Below, in pieces: positions 42,618-52,378 of a DNA stretch of 64,000 nucleotides. The notes beneath the pieces are model-generated. The model saw only the letters and a program-made list of their open reading frames with translations, did not search any database and was not told the origin of the DNA. The stretch comes from Candidatus Aminicenantes bacterium (GTDB lineage: Bacteria > Acidobacteriota > Aminicenantia > Aminicenantales > Aminicenantaceae). The DNA lies in contig JAWLEN010000002.1 of the NCBI GenBank assembly GCA_041686095.1, forward strand, positions 8,143-72,142. The letters run 5' to 3'. The first letter of the stretch is position 1; every line of letters starts with the position of its first letter. The position numbers and the translations under genes are program-made.

Positions 42618-43799
42618 GTGAGTTTGTTTGATAAATGCTATAAGTTTACAAGGGCTGAAGAAGCTCAGCAGATGGGGATATATCCCTATTTTACTCCCAT
42701 TCAGCAAGTCAATGGAAACAAAGTCAAAATCGATGGAAAAGATGTGATTATGGTTGGTTCTAATAATTATTTAGGTCTTATCGATCACCCAAAAGTCATG
42801 GAGGCAGCCAAAAAGGCTGTTGATAAATATGGAGTGGCTACTTGTGGGTCAAGATTCTTAAATGGGACTCTTGATATTCATGTTGAATTAGAAGAAAGGC
42901 TGAGCCAATTCATGAAAAAGGAGTCTGCACTGGCTTTCAGCACTGGATTCCAGACGAATCAGGGAATCATTTCAACTTTGGTGCAGAAAGATGAAGCTAT
43001 TATTTCAGATGAAATGGTTCATGCGAGTATCATAGATGCCTGCCGCCTTTCTTATGGAACGGTTTATAAATTCAAACATAATGATATGGATGATTTAGAG
43101 AAGGTTCTTTCTTCTTTGAGTAAGGAATTGGGAAAATTAATCGTGGTGGATGGAGTATTCAGCATGGAAGGTGATCTAGCTGATCTTCCTGGAATTGTCA
43201 AATTAGCCAAAAAACATAAGGCCAAAATAATGGTGGATGACGCTCATGGAATCGGTGTTATGGGGGAGCATGGAAGAGGAACCTGTGAACATTTTGGAGT
43301 TGAAGAAGATATTGATATCATAATGGGGACTTTCAGCAAATCTTTTGCTTCTTTAGGAGGATTTGTAGCCGGAGAGAAGAAGGTTATTTCTTACATAAAA
43401 CATTTTGCCCGTTCACTGATATTTAGTGCCAGCATCACTCCTGCTTCAGTAGCAACAGTCATTGCCAATCTTGATATAATTGAAAGTGAGCCTGAAAGAA
43501 GAGTGAGATTATGGGAGATAACAAAAAAAATGAGGGATGGTTTTCAGTCCATGGGGTATGAAACAGGCCCCACTCAAAGTGCTGTGATTCCTGTAATGAT
43601 CGGGGATGATGAGAAAGCTTTTATGCTCTGGAAGATATTAAGGGAAAAGGGCATATTTACAAATCCGGTTATTTTTCCTGCTGTTCCAAAGGGTCATGCG
43701 CTCATAAGAACAAGTTATTCTGCAACCCACACTGAAGAAGAAATGGATACAGTTCTTAAATTGTTTGAAGAATGTGGAAAAGGGCTTGGAATCATATAA
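42618..43799 (+). CDS. alpha-oxoamine synthase, serine-palmitoyltransferase-like
   Basis: PLP class II fold: SNNYLGL, CGSRFLNGT, STGFQTNQGIISTL, DDAHGIG, PLP-Lys motif GTFSKSFASLGGFVAG. Several of these strings are closer to my recollection of Sphingomonas SPT (SRMLNGT, ANLGIISTL, GTFSKSVGTVGGFV) than to KBL or BioF. Confidence 0.75.
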   Translation: MSLFDKCYKFTRAEEAQQMGIYPYFTPIQQVNGNKVKIDGKDVIMVGSNNYLGLIDHPKVMEAAKKAVDKYGVATCGSRFLNGTLDIHVELEERLSQFMKKESALAFSTGFQTNQGIISTLVQKDEAIISDEMVHASIIDACRLSYGTVYKFKHNDMDDLEKVLSSLSKELGKLIVVDGVFSMEGDLADLPGIVKLAKKHKAKIMVDDAHGIGVMGEHGRGTCEHFGVEEDIDIIMGTFSKSFASLGGFVAGEKKVISYIKHFARSLIFSASITPASVATVIANLDIIESEPERRVRLWEITKKMRDGFQSMGYETGPTQSAVIPVMIGDDEKAFMLWKILREKGIFTNPVIFPAVPKGHALIRTSYSATHTEEEMDTVLKLFEECGKGLGII

Positions 43800-43880
43800 T
43801 GTGTTTATTTGAAACGAAAGAAAGGAATTATTTGTTTAATACTTTAGATACACTTAGATTTAAATAATCCAGGAGAAAGA

Positions 43881-45698
43881 ATGAGAGAAATATCTATCAG
43901 ATTTGTTTTGATTGTTTTAATATTAAGCTTTTTTTCTTATTCCAGTTTGAATGGTCAATCTTCTTTTTTTCCTATCAATCAGATAAAGGAAGGAATGAAG
44001 GGAACGGGAAAAACCGCATTCAAAGGAAAGAAAGTAGAGGAGTTTGGGGTTGAGATATTGGGAATTTTGGAAAACGATCCTAGTGTTGGGCCAAAAAGAA
44101 ATATCATTTTAGCCAAATTAACCGGGGGTAATTTGGAAAAAACTGGAGTTGTTCAGGGCATGAGCGGTAGTCCCATCTATTTGCAGGGGAAATTGGCTGG
44201 GGCTGTGGCCTACAGTTTCCCTTTCTCTACAGAAGCTATTGCAGGAATAACCCCTATTGAAGAGATGATGGAGATAAAAAATTCAAAGGAAACACCCTCC
44301 ACTTATTCTCCCCCCATTCCCATAAAAAAACATCTCAGTCTGGAAGAGCTTTCTGAAATGCATGAAAAGTTTAATGTTCTCAATACCAATGTGTTTTATA
44401 TGGGAAAAAGCCTTGAGCCCATGAAGATCCCTCTTATGTTCAGCGGTTTTTCGAAAAAAGCTTTTGAGAAGTCAAAACATTTCTTTTCGAACATTGGTTT
44501 TAATCCAATGCAGGTGGGATCTAGAGAACAGGCTGAAAGTAAGACAAATTTCTCGGATATTAATTTAAAAGAAGGAGACCCTCTTGGTGTTCAGATGATA
44601 TCTGGGGATTTAAGCTTAGCTGCCACAGGTACCACCACTTTTGTGGACGGTCAAAATGTTTTGGCCTTTGGCCATCCTATGTATAATTTGGGGCCTGTCA
44701 GTTATGCCATGACCCAAGCTGATGTCATCACCGTAGTTCCCAGTCTTAACACCTCTATGAAGCTTACCTCTACGGGTGCGGTGATAGGAAGCTTCTCTCA
44801 GGACCGGTCTTCTGGAGTCTATGGAGAGCTTGGGAAAACGCCGGATCTTATACCTGTCAATATAGAATTATTCGATTCCGGTAAAAAATCTAAGGATATT
44901 CACTTGGAAGTCGTAGAGAATAAAATTTTAACAGCCTCTTTATTGAATGTCGCGGTCCTCAGCATCATGTCTGCTGAAGAAAGGTCCATAGGAGATCTTA
45001 CTGTTGAGTTAGAGGGGGTTGTTTTTCTTGAAAATGGAATGAGTATTCATATGGAAGATTTTTTTTCAGGAAATTTTGATACTTCTGTAAACAATGCTTC
45101 AAATTTAGTGGCTGCTATAACTTATTTTTTAACTAACAATGAGTTCAAAGAATTGGGAATCCACCGCATTGACCTGAGACTCAATTCCTCAGAAGAAATA
45201 AAAATTTCTTATCTTGAAAAAGTATGGCTGGATAAATATGATGTTTCACCCGGAGAAAGAATTCAAATTAAGATTTATTCCCGTAATTTCAGAGGAGACA
45301 GTGTGTTAGAAGAGGGAGGAATCATAGCCCCAAATTTACCCTCTGGTTCTAAATTTTATCTTTTTGTTGGAGACACAGCTTCTATGGGACAGCTGGAAAG
45401 AAGCCTTTATCATACTGCGACTTTTATGCCCCGCAGTCTTTATCAGTTGATTAGGATTTTAAGCAATCAGAGAAAAAATAACCGCATTTATTTAAAGATC
45501 CTTGCAGACAAACCCGGTCTTTTCTTAAAAGGGGAAGAACTGCCCAATCTTCCTCCCAGCATGAAATCAATGTTCTCATCTCCACGTGTGGCGACTTCTG
45601 TACCCACAGAGATCAGCAAGTCTACATTAAGTAATTTTCAGATCCCAGTTCCATTTGTATTTCAAGGGGCAGCCTTGATTCCCATAAAGATTAAATAA
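43881..45698 (+). CDS. secreted protein with SpoIVB-type (S55) peptidase-like N-terminal region
   Basis: Signal peptide. [29 protein letters not shown] parallels SpoIVB ...[27 protein letters not shown]. I could not place the catalytic His with confidence. Confidence 0.5.
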   Translation: [605 protein letters not shown]

Positions 45699-45723
45699 AT
45701 TTTATATTAATTGGATGATTCAT

Positions 45724-45737
45724 ATGAATAGTTCAGG
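45724..45737 (+). repeat. AT-rich repeat motif instance (ATGAATAGTTCAGG)
   Basis: Embedded in GATTCATATGAATAGTTCAGG (ATTCATATGAAT is a perfect palindrome), 22 nt upstream of ATG 45759. Confidence 0.6.
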
Positions 45738-45758
45738 AAAATTGAGAGAGAGAAAAAA

Positions 45759-47906
45759 ATGAAAAGAGATCTGTTTATAATAATTTTTGGTTTATTGTTT
45801 GTTGTTCAAGGAGTGTATTCTGCCACTCCTCAGAAATGGACATTGGAGTCATTTGATGATTTTATTAAGGGAAAATTTGAAGGTATAACTGTTTCTTCAG
45901 ATGGAAGGCTAACTCTTTCCCCGGTTGAAGAGGAGCTGAAGACTCCCCCTGAAGAGTTTTATCTGTCCATGCTGGTCACCTCAGGAAAGATTGTTTATAT
46001 AGGTACAGGTCACAAAGGAGCTGTTTATCGCATTGCAGCCAGTGGCGAACCAGAGCTTTATTTCAAGGCACCAGAAATGGATGTCTACTGCCTTGCCATG
46101 GGGCCTGATGGAAGTTTGTATGCAGGGACTTCTCCCAATGGAAAAATCTATAAAATAACTGAAAAGGGAAAAGGAAATGAGTTTTTCAATCCTCATGAGA
46201 AATACATCTGGGACTTAATGTTCACTGATGAGGGATCTCTATTGGCTGCAGTGGGAGAGGATGGAGGGATTTATGAGGTTACGCCTAATGGAGAGGGGGT
46301 TAAGATTTTTGATTCTGAAGAAAATCATATCCTCTGTATGAAGCGTATTTCTGATGAGAGTTTTATCGCAGGAAGCGGTGGCGCTGGGTTGCTCTATAAT
46401 ATTTCTAAAGAAAATAAAGCATCAGTGATGTTTGAGTCCCCATACGAAGAGGTGAGATCCATTGCCGTTGATGATGAGGGAAATATTTATATAGGAGCCG
46501 GAGGGAAAGTCAAAAAATCTGGAGATAATGATCTTCCTTCAGCTTTATCCACCCAAGCCACAGATGTATCTATTACAGTTAGTTCCTCTGAAGCAGGAGC
46601 CCAAAAAATAACCACATCGGATGAAGACCAGCCCTCCGCTCTTTATAAAATTAAAGTGGATGGAAAAGTTAAGCAGGTTTGGAAATCTGATAAGGACATG
46701 ATTTATTCTCTCTGCTGGGATGATTCAAAGAAAAGGATCGTTTTTGGAACGGGGAGAAGAGGAAGGCTGTATACATCAGATAAAAATGAGGAAATATCTC
46801 TTTTATTTCAAAAAGATTCTGAACAGGTTTATACTCTTTTTCCCTTTGAAAAGGAAATATACACTCTTTCCAATAATCCTTCAGAAGCAAGCGTGATTCA
46901 ACCTGAACAAAGATATAATGGAGAATACACAAGCCGGGTTTATGATACCAAATTGATGTCTTCCTGGGGTAGTATTGAATGGAGAGGAGATCTCCCTTCA
47001 GGCACAGTCATCCAGCTCCAAACGCGAACCGGAAATTCAAGTCAGCCTTCTTCAACTTGGAGCAACTGGTCTCCTCCTTATAAGAAAGAGAACGGAGAAC
47101 AGATTTTGAATCCGGATGCTCGTTATCTTCAGTTTAAAATTTTGTTCAAAACCAATTCAGGAAATGTTTCTCCTTCTGTTCAAAAGGTTATTATTTTTTT
47201 CATGCAGCATAATAAGGCTCCGTCTATAGAAAAAATAAGCATGCTACCTCCCAATACGGTTTTTATAGAACCTCCCAGTGGAGAAGAACAGATATGGGGT
47301 TTAGATGCTGATTCTATTGAGGACAAAAACAGCAAGAAATCATTTGCCGGGGCCAAGCAGGTCCAAAGAAAGGGATATCAGACTTTTATCTGGCAAGCAG
47401 CTGATCCAAATAACGATACTTTGGTTTATTCCATATACATAAAAAAGACTGAGGATGAAAATTGGCGGATTCTCAAAGATAAATGGACAGAAGAAATATT
47501 TACCTTTGATACATTATCACTGCCTGATGGAGAATATTTAATAAAAGTCAAAGCATCTGATATTCCGTCCAATCCTCAAGAAAGATGTTTGGAAAATGAA
47601 AAAATCAGCCTGTCTTTCATCATAGATAATTCCATCCCCTCTATTAATGATTTTCAGGCAGTCCGTTCGGGAAGTAAACTAAAAGTCCGATTTACGGTTC
47701 GGGATGAATACTCAAGGATAAAAAAGGTGCGCTTTTTTATCAGAGAGTTAGGATGGAAAATTATTTTTCCTAAGGATGGAATATGCGATTCTACTCAGGA
47801 GATGTTTGATTTTTCTGTAGACCTTCCTGAAAATTTTGATGATATGATCACAGTTAAAGCTGTGGATGAACAGGGAAATGTAGGGGTGGCTCGGACTTCG
47901 TTTTAA
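45759..47906 (+). CDS. secreted hypothetical protein, probable beta-propeller plus Ig-like C-terminal domains
   Basis: 715 aa. Signal peptide and repeated ...G.IY.../...DG.LYAGT... blade-like units in the first ~400 aa. No family recognised. Confidence 0.4.
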   Translation: MKRDLFIIIFGLLFVVQGVYSATPQKWTLESFDDFIKGKFEGITVSSDGRLTLSPVEEELKTPPEEFYLSMLVTSGKIVYIGTGHKGAVYRIAASGEPELYFKAPEMDVYCLAMGPDGSLYAGTSPNGKIYKITEKGKGNEFFNPHEKYIWDLMFTDEGSLLAAVGEDGGIYEVTPNGEGVKIFDSEENHILCMKRISDESFIAGSGGAGLLYNISKENKASVMFESPYEEVRSIAVDDEGNIYIGAGGKVKKSGDNDLPSALSTQATDVSITVSSSEAGAQKITTSDEDQPSALYKIKVDGKVKQVWKSDKDMIYSLCWDDSKKRIVFGTGRRGRLYTSDKNEEISLLFQKDSEQVYTLFPFEKEIYTLSNNPSEASVIQPEQRYNGEYTSRVYDTKLMSSWGSIEWRGDLPSGTVIQLQTRTGNSSQPSSTWSNWSPPYKKENGEQILNPDARYLQFKILFKTNSGNVSPSVQKVIIFFMQHNKAPSIEKISMLPPNTVFIEPPSGEEQIWGLDADSIEDKNSKKSFAGAKQVQRKGYQTFIWQAADPNNDTLVYSIYIKKTEDENWRILKDKWTEEIFTFDTLSLPDGEYLIKVKASDIPSNPQERCLENEKISLSFIIDNSIPSINDFQAVRSGSKLKVRFTVRDEYSRIKKVRFFIRELGWKIIFPKDGICDSTQEMFDFSVDLPENFDDMITVKAVDEQGNVGVARTSF

Positions 47907-47949
47907 TTGGCTCCTTGGTTTCTCTTGAGATTCATTCAGGATAAGAAAT

Positions 47950-48618
47950 TTGAAAATGGATCATATTTTAGAAAAGATTTCATTTTGTGTGGAAAGAGGA
48001 AAAGTTAGTGCTGAATCAAGATATCCTCCTGAACTGAGAGGCCAGGAAGGGGCTGATGAACTGACTAGAAAGGCGCTTGATGGGAACATCCCTCCTAGAA
48101 AGATTTTGACTTCTGGACTCATATCAGGAATGCAGAAGGTAGGGGAAAAGTTTAAGAGAAATGAAATTTATCTTCCTGATGTTTTGGTTGCAGCTAAAGC
48201 TATGACCGCAGCCATGGGCCATTTAAAACCTTATTTTATATCTGGAGATGTCCAGCATAAGGGAAGGATTATAATGGGGACGGTTTCCGGAGATCTGCAT
48301 GATATCGGAAAAAAGATTGTTGCTATGTTTTTAGAAGGAAGCGGATGGGAAGTGATTGATTGTGGAGTTGATGTCTCTCCCCAGGATTTTATAAAAGCTA
48401 TAAACCAAAATAAACCCCTTGCAGTCGGGATGAGTGCTTTACTCACCACCACCATGGTTAATATGGAAAGAACTGTCAAAGCCATTAAATCAAAATTTCC
48501 CGAGGTAAAAGTCTTAGTGGGGGGAGCTCCGGTTACTGATGCATTTGCTCAAAGAATCGGTGCAGATATGACTTCAGCTCATCCTCAGGAAGCTGTTGAT
48601 TATCTAGAAAATCAATGA
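47950..48618 (+). CDS. cobalamin-binding corrinoid protein (MtbC/MtaC-like)
   Basis: N-terminal helical cap, then GTVSGDLHDIGKKIVAMFLEGSGWEVIDCG (DxHxxG B12 motif) and SALLTTTM. The start may be ATG 47956. Confidence 0.8.
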   Translation: MKMDHILEKISFCVERGKVSAESRYPPELRGQEGADELTRKALDGNIPPRKILTSGLISGMQKVGEKFKRNEIYLPDVLVAAKAMTAAMGHLKPYFISGDVQHKGRIIMGTVSGDLHDIGKKIVAMFLEGSGWEVIDCGVDVSPQDFIKAINQNKPLAVGMSALLTTTMVNMERTVKAIKSKFPEVKVLVGGAPVTDAFAQRIGADMTSAHPQEAVDYLENQ

Positions 48619-48656
48619 TTCGAATGATCTGTGTTTTTTTAATTTTAGTGCTTTTG

Positions 48657-49982
48657 TCACCACTGTCTGGCTTTTTCTGGCTGCATTTTTGAAAGGTTCA
48701 GTCCCCTCTCGTAAGCTCCAATGATATAGAGACAAATATCCCTAAGAGAAGAAGGATGATGCAGGGCTTCAGATAAGGACTGCTCTCCCACACTCCAAAC
48801 GCCACCTCCTCTGATGATCACGATTTTGTAGTCGTGTAAGAGGCGGATCAGAGCTTCCCATTTAAAGCTTGGAGGCAGAATGGGGATTACAAGATAGAAA
48901 AAGCTTCCTTCTGCATCAATAGGGACTACCCTGTTTATGGGTTTTTTTTGTCCTGGGGGGATAAAATAAGAAACAGCTTCAGATTCAGGAATATAACAGT
49001 GGATAACTGTTTGAAAGTCAGTATTTTTATATATCTGTTGGTGGATCGTCATCTCCCTGTCTGGTTCTTTTTTCTCCAAAGAGAGAGGAATTTCCTCAAT
49101 GGGACCTCTGATCTCTCTGGGTATGGAAGCTTTAGGAGCGTAGAGCATCCTGTCCACTCCCCGGATAGACATAGATCCTGTGAAAAAAGGAGAAAGATTA
49201 GATTCAAATATTCTGGCTGCGGTTTTTTTGAATTCTTCACTGATCTCCTTTTCACCTTGAATTTCTCTTGTTTTTTCCCGCTCTTGAGTATATTTTTTGA
49301 GAGGATAAGGAAAATATTTTGAAGGGGATTTTGTGATCTCTTTTCTTAATTTCTGGATATCAATATTAAGTTTATTTGCTAAACGGGCGATATAACCTGA
49401 GTTATTGGCTATGCACACATTGAAAAGGGTTTCTTTCAACGTGCTTCCTTTAGCAAAGATTCCATGTCCCTGAAGCACTGTGGTTTTATGATGAGCCAGT
49501 CTTTTTGGTATGATTTTTGCCATTTCAGGAGATCCGACCGGCACTTCCACCCAGTCTACTGGAATACTGCCGTTAAGATGATAGAATCCCAATACATCAA
49601 TGGGAATAAAAGGAGAGGGTTTATTGGGTTTTTCTTCCTCATCAAAAGTCATGATGGTGAGCTCTTTAGTGTGGGCATGAATGACTGCACGTACTCCAGG
49701 GAGGGAAAGGATTTTTGCGTGTATATCTGTTTCTGATGAAGCTTTATAATAACCGAAATCTGTTTCTGAAGGGGAAAGAAAACAGATCTGACTTGGATCC
49801 AGATCTCCTTTTTGAGAGCCGGCAGCTGTGATCACAATTTTTTCATTGCCTTGGTCGTCTTCCCAAAGTGTGGAAATATTTCCGCTGTGGCTGTCTTCTA
49901 AATCTTTATCCAGCAGGATACGTCCGATGGTTTGAAAAAGATGGATTAGCTTTTTATCAGCTTTCCATTGATCAGAGGTCAT
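48657..49982 (-). CDS. tandem class II aldolase/adducin-domain protein (second domain degenerate)
   Basis: Domain 1 has the metal ligands VIHAHT and QGHGIFAKG. Domain 2 aligns (VIHCYIPE, IIRGGGVWSVG) but lacks the equivalent His residues. Confidence 0.7.
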   Translation of the reverse strand: MTSDQWKADKKLIHLFQTIGRILLDKDLEDSHSGNISTLWEDDQGNEKIVITAAGSQKGDLDPSQICFLSPSETDFGYYKASSETDIHAKILSLPGVRAVIHAHTKELTIMTFDEEEKPNKPSPFIPIDVLGFYHLNGSIPVDWVEVPVGSPEMAKIIPKRLAHHKTTVLQGHGIFAKGSTLKETLFNVCIANNSGYIARLANKLNIDIQKLRKEITKSPSKYFPYPLKKYTQEREKTREIQGEKEISEEFKKTAARIFESNLSPFFTGSMSIRGVDRMLYAPKASIPREIRGPIEEIPLSLEKKEPDREMTIHQQIYKNTDFQTVIHCYIPESEAVSYFIPPGQKKPINRVVPIDAEGSFFYLVIPILPPSFKWEALIRLLHDYKIVIIRGGGVWSVGEQSLSEALHHPSSLRDICLYIIGAYERGLNLSKMQPEKARQW

Positions 49983-49983
49983 T

Positions 49984-51813
49984 TTATATTCCTTCCAATC
50001 CTATGGTTTCAAGTGTTTTTTTGGAAGGGATTCCTTCTGGAACACTCCATCTTCGGGCTTTGTAATAGTCTTCTCTCATTTGGGTTTGAAATTTATTTGA
50101 AAGAACTGTTTTTTTTCCTTGAACCGTTATAGACTGTGAGCTGAAACGCTGGGGAAGAGAGTCGTCTGAATATTTCAGTCCAGCTCTGAGATTAAACACT
50201 CTTTCCAGAGCAGCGACTCTGTTAGCCATTTTTTCAAATTCTGCTGAAGAATATTCATATCCTGTGACCCCGCTCAGCATCCGGGACCAGGGTTCTGTGG
50301 AGAAAGCAAATCCTGTGAACCGGCACACTCCTAAAGAGTCTTGAATGATTCCAAGGTTCTGCATATTTCTTATGGCGATAGGGGATTGAAGCTGGCTGAA
50401 TCTAGGTATTTCTTTGGTTCCGCCGAAAAAAGCCAGAGAAACAGCATACCCGCCCCTGAGGTGACAGGCTCCAGTAGGAGAAGTCATATACCCAAGAGCT
50501 TGAGTGAAAGAAGCTCTGGGATCATAGGCAGGGATTTCTAATTTTTTCACGCTCATGGAGAGAGAAGGGTGATTGAAGAGTTCTGCAAACCTGTAAGAGC
50601 CTTCTGATATTTGATCACCGATTCCTTTTCTGTACGCTACAAGTTGGGTGACTTGTTCCAGCATTTCTGCCCTGCCAAATGAAAATTTGATGCCGTTGGT
50701 ATCTTGGGTGCTTATCAAACCTTTTTCAAACAGTTCCATAACACAGGCGGTGGTACCCCCCATACTTATGGTGTCCAATCCCAGTTCATTGCAAGAGTAA
50801 TTGGCTTTGGTTATTGATTTTAAGTCATAAACTTCGCATTGAGGTCCCAGCATAACCAGGGTTTCATATTCAGGTCCTTCTCCGCTTTGTCCATTAACAG
50901 AGGTATGGCGCTGGCAAGCAATGGGACATCCAAAACAAGCACCAGCTCTTCGGAGTAAATTTTTCTTTATTCTTTCTCCTGATATTTCATCGATTTTATG
51001 ATCTGAGTGAATATTATCCTGAAAATTATTATGAGGGAGCATTTCCATAACATTAATGAGTTTAAAAAGTCCGGATGTGCCCAACTCTTTCAGGAGTCTT
51101 TTGGTGATGGGGGAGGCTTTCATGATATATTCTGCCTGTTCTTTTCCAGCTTTGAATATTTCTTTTTTCTCTATGGATGTTTTTTCATTCCCTGAGACAC
51201 AAATGGCCTTGAGATTCTTGCTTCCAAATACAGCTCCAGGTCCTCCTCTTCCATAAGCTCTATTTTTATCATTCATCACAGAGGAGAACTTCACCAGATT
51301 TTCTCCGGCTGGGCCAATGCAAAGAATGTGGTTTTTTTTGGAGTTCTTTTTTAGAATGTCTGTGGTTTTATGCACATCATATCCCCATATCTTTTCAGCA
51401 GATTCAAATCTGACGGATTCTGGACTGATATGTAGGGTCACAGGTTTTTTGGCCTTTCCTTTAATAAGCACAGCATCATATCCGGCGGATTTCATATAGC
51501 GGGCCCAGGTTCCTCCGCAGTTTGAACTTCCTATAAATCCGGTCAAAGGCGACTTAAACACCATATGACCTCTTGTGGCAGTGGGAGCAGATGTGCCTAT
51601 GAGTGGAGACGAAGCTATGACTATGATATTCTCAGGACTGAGTGGATCACAGGAGGGATTGACTGCATCAAAAAAAATCCGAGTCGCCAGAGCTCTGCCT
51701 CCAATATAATCTTGGAGCAGAGATTTATTTAGTTTCCGGAGGCGGGACTTTGAAAGAGTCAGATCTATTTCAAGAAGTTTTTTATGAACTCCCCCTCCTT
51801 TAAATTCATCCAT
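49984..51813 (-). CDS. aldehyde:ferredoxin oxidoreductase (tungstopterin AOR family)
   Basis: 609 aa. AOR N-domain, Cys ligands ACFGCPIAC, and the pterin motif QDSLGVCRF (DxxGxC). Confidence 0.9.
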   Translation of the reverse strand: MDEFKGGGVHKKLLEIDLTLSKSRLRKLNKSLLQDYIGGRALATRIFFDAVNPSCDPLSPENIIVIASSPLIGTSAPTATRGHMVFKSPLTGFIGSSNCGGTWARYMKSAGYDAVLIKGKAKKPVTLHISPESVRFESAEKIWGYDVHKTTDILKKNSKKNHILCIGPAGENLVKFSSVMNDKNRAYGRGGPGAVFGSKNLKAICVSGNEKTSIEKKEIFKAGKEQAEYIMKASPITKRLLKELGTSGLFKLINVMEMLPHNNFQDNIHSDHKIDEISGERIKKNLLRRAGACFGCPIACQRHTSVNGQSGEGPEYETLVMLGPQCEVYDLKSITKANYSCNELGLDTISMGGTTACVMELFEKGLISTQDTNGIKFSFGRAEMLEQVTQLVAYRKGIGDQISEGSYRFAELFNHPSLSMSVKKLEIPAYDPRASFTQALGYMTSPTGACHLRGGYAVSLAFFGGTKEIPRFSQLQSPIAIRNMQNLGIIQDSLGVCRFTGFAFSTEPWSRMLSGVTGYEYSSAEFEKMANRVAALERVFNLRAGLKYSDDSLPQRFSSQSITVQGKKTVLSNKFQTQMREDYYKARRWSVPEGIPSKKTLETIGLEGI

Positions 51814-51814
51814 T

Positions 51815-52378
51815 TTATTTTTTGATCCGCTCCAAATATTTATCTTCTCGAGTATCTATGCGCAGGATATCTCCTTTTTTAATGAATTGAGGGACATTTA
51901 TGGTGATTCCTGTTTCTAAAGTGGCTGGCTTACTGCTTGCTGTCTGGGTGGCTCCTTTGAGATAAGGTTCTGTTTTGGTGACTTTGAGGTCAACAGTCAT
52001 AGGTGGATTGACTCCCACTGGATTTCCTTCGTACATTTCTACAGAAAACACCACGTTGGGAATCAGATAATTGATGGCATCTCCAAGAATTTCTTCAGAA
52101 AGCCTAATCTGCTCATAATTCTCAGTATTCATGAATACATAAAGGTTGTTTTCTTTATAGAGATATTCCATCTCTATTTCTTCTAAATAAGCCTGTTCCA
52201 CTTTGTCTTTTGATCGGAATCTATGTTCATGAAGGGTTTGATCTTTGAGCTTTCTGAGTTTGGTCTGCATCAAAGCCTGTCCTTTTCCAGGTGTGACGTG
52301 GGATGTTTCCAACACTAAATAGAGTTCACCATTGATTTCTATGACCATGCCTTTTCTGATTTGAGTTGCGTTAATCAT
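51815..52378 (-). CDS. efp: translation elongation factor P
   Basis: QIRKGMVIEINGELYLVLETSHVTPGKGQALMQTKLRKL with the conserved loop Lys (PGKGQA). 187 aa. Confidence 0.95.
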   Translation of the reverse strand: MINATQIRKGMVIEINGELYLVLETSHVTPGKGQALMQTKLRKLKDQTLHEHRFRSKDKVEQAYLEEIEMEYLYKENNLYVFMNTENYEQIRLSEEILGDAINYLIPNVVFSVEMYEGNPVGVNPPMTVDLKVTKTEPYLKGATQTASSKPATLETGITINVPQFIKKGDILRIDTREDKYLERIKK

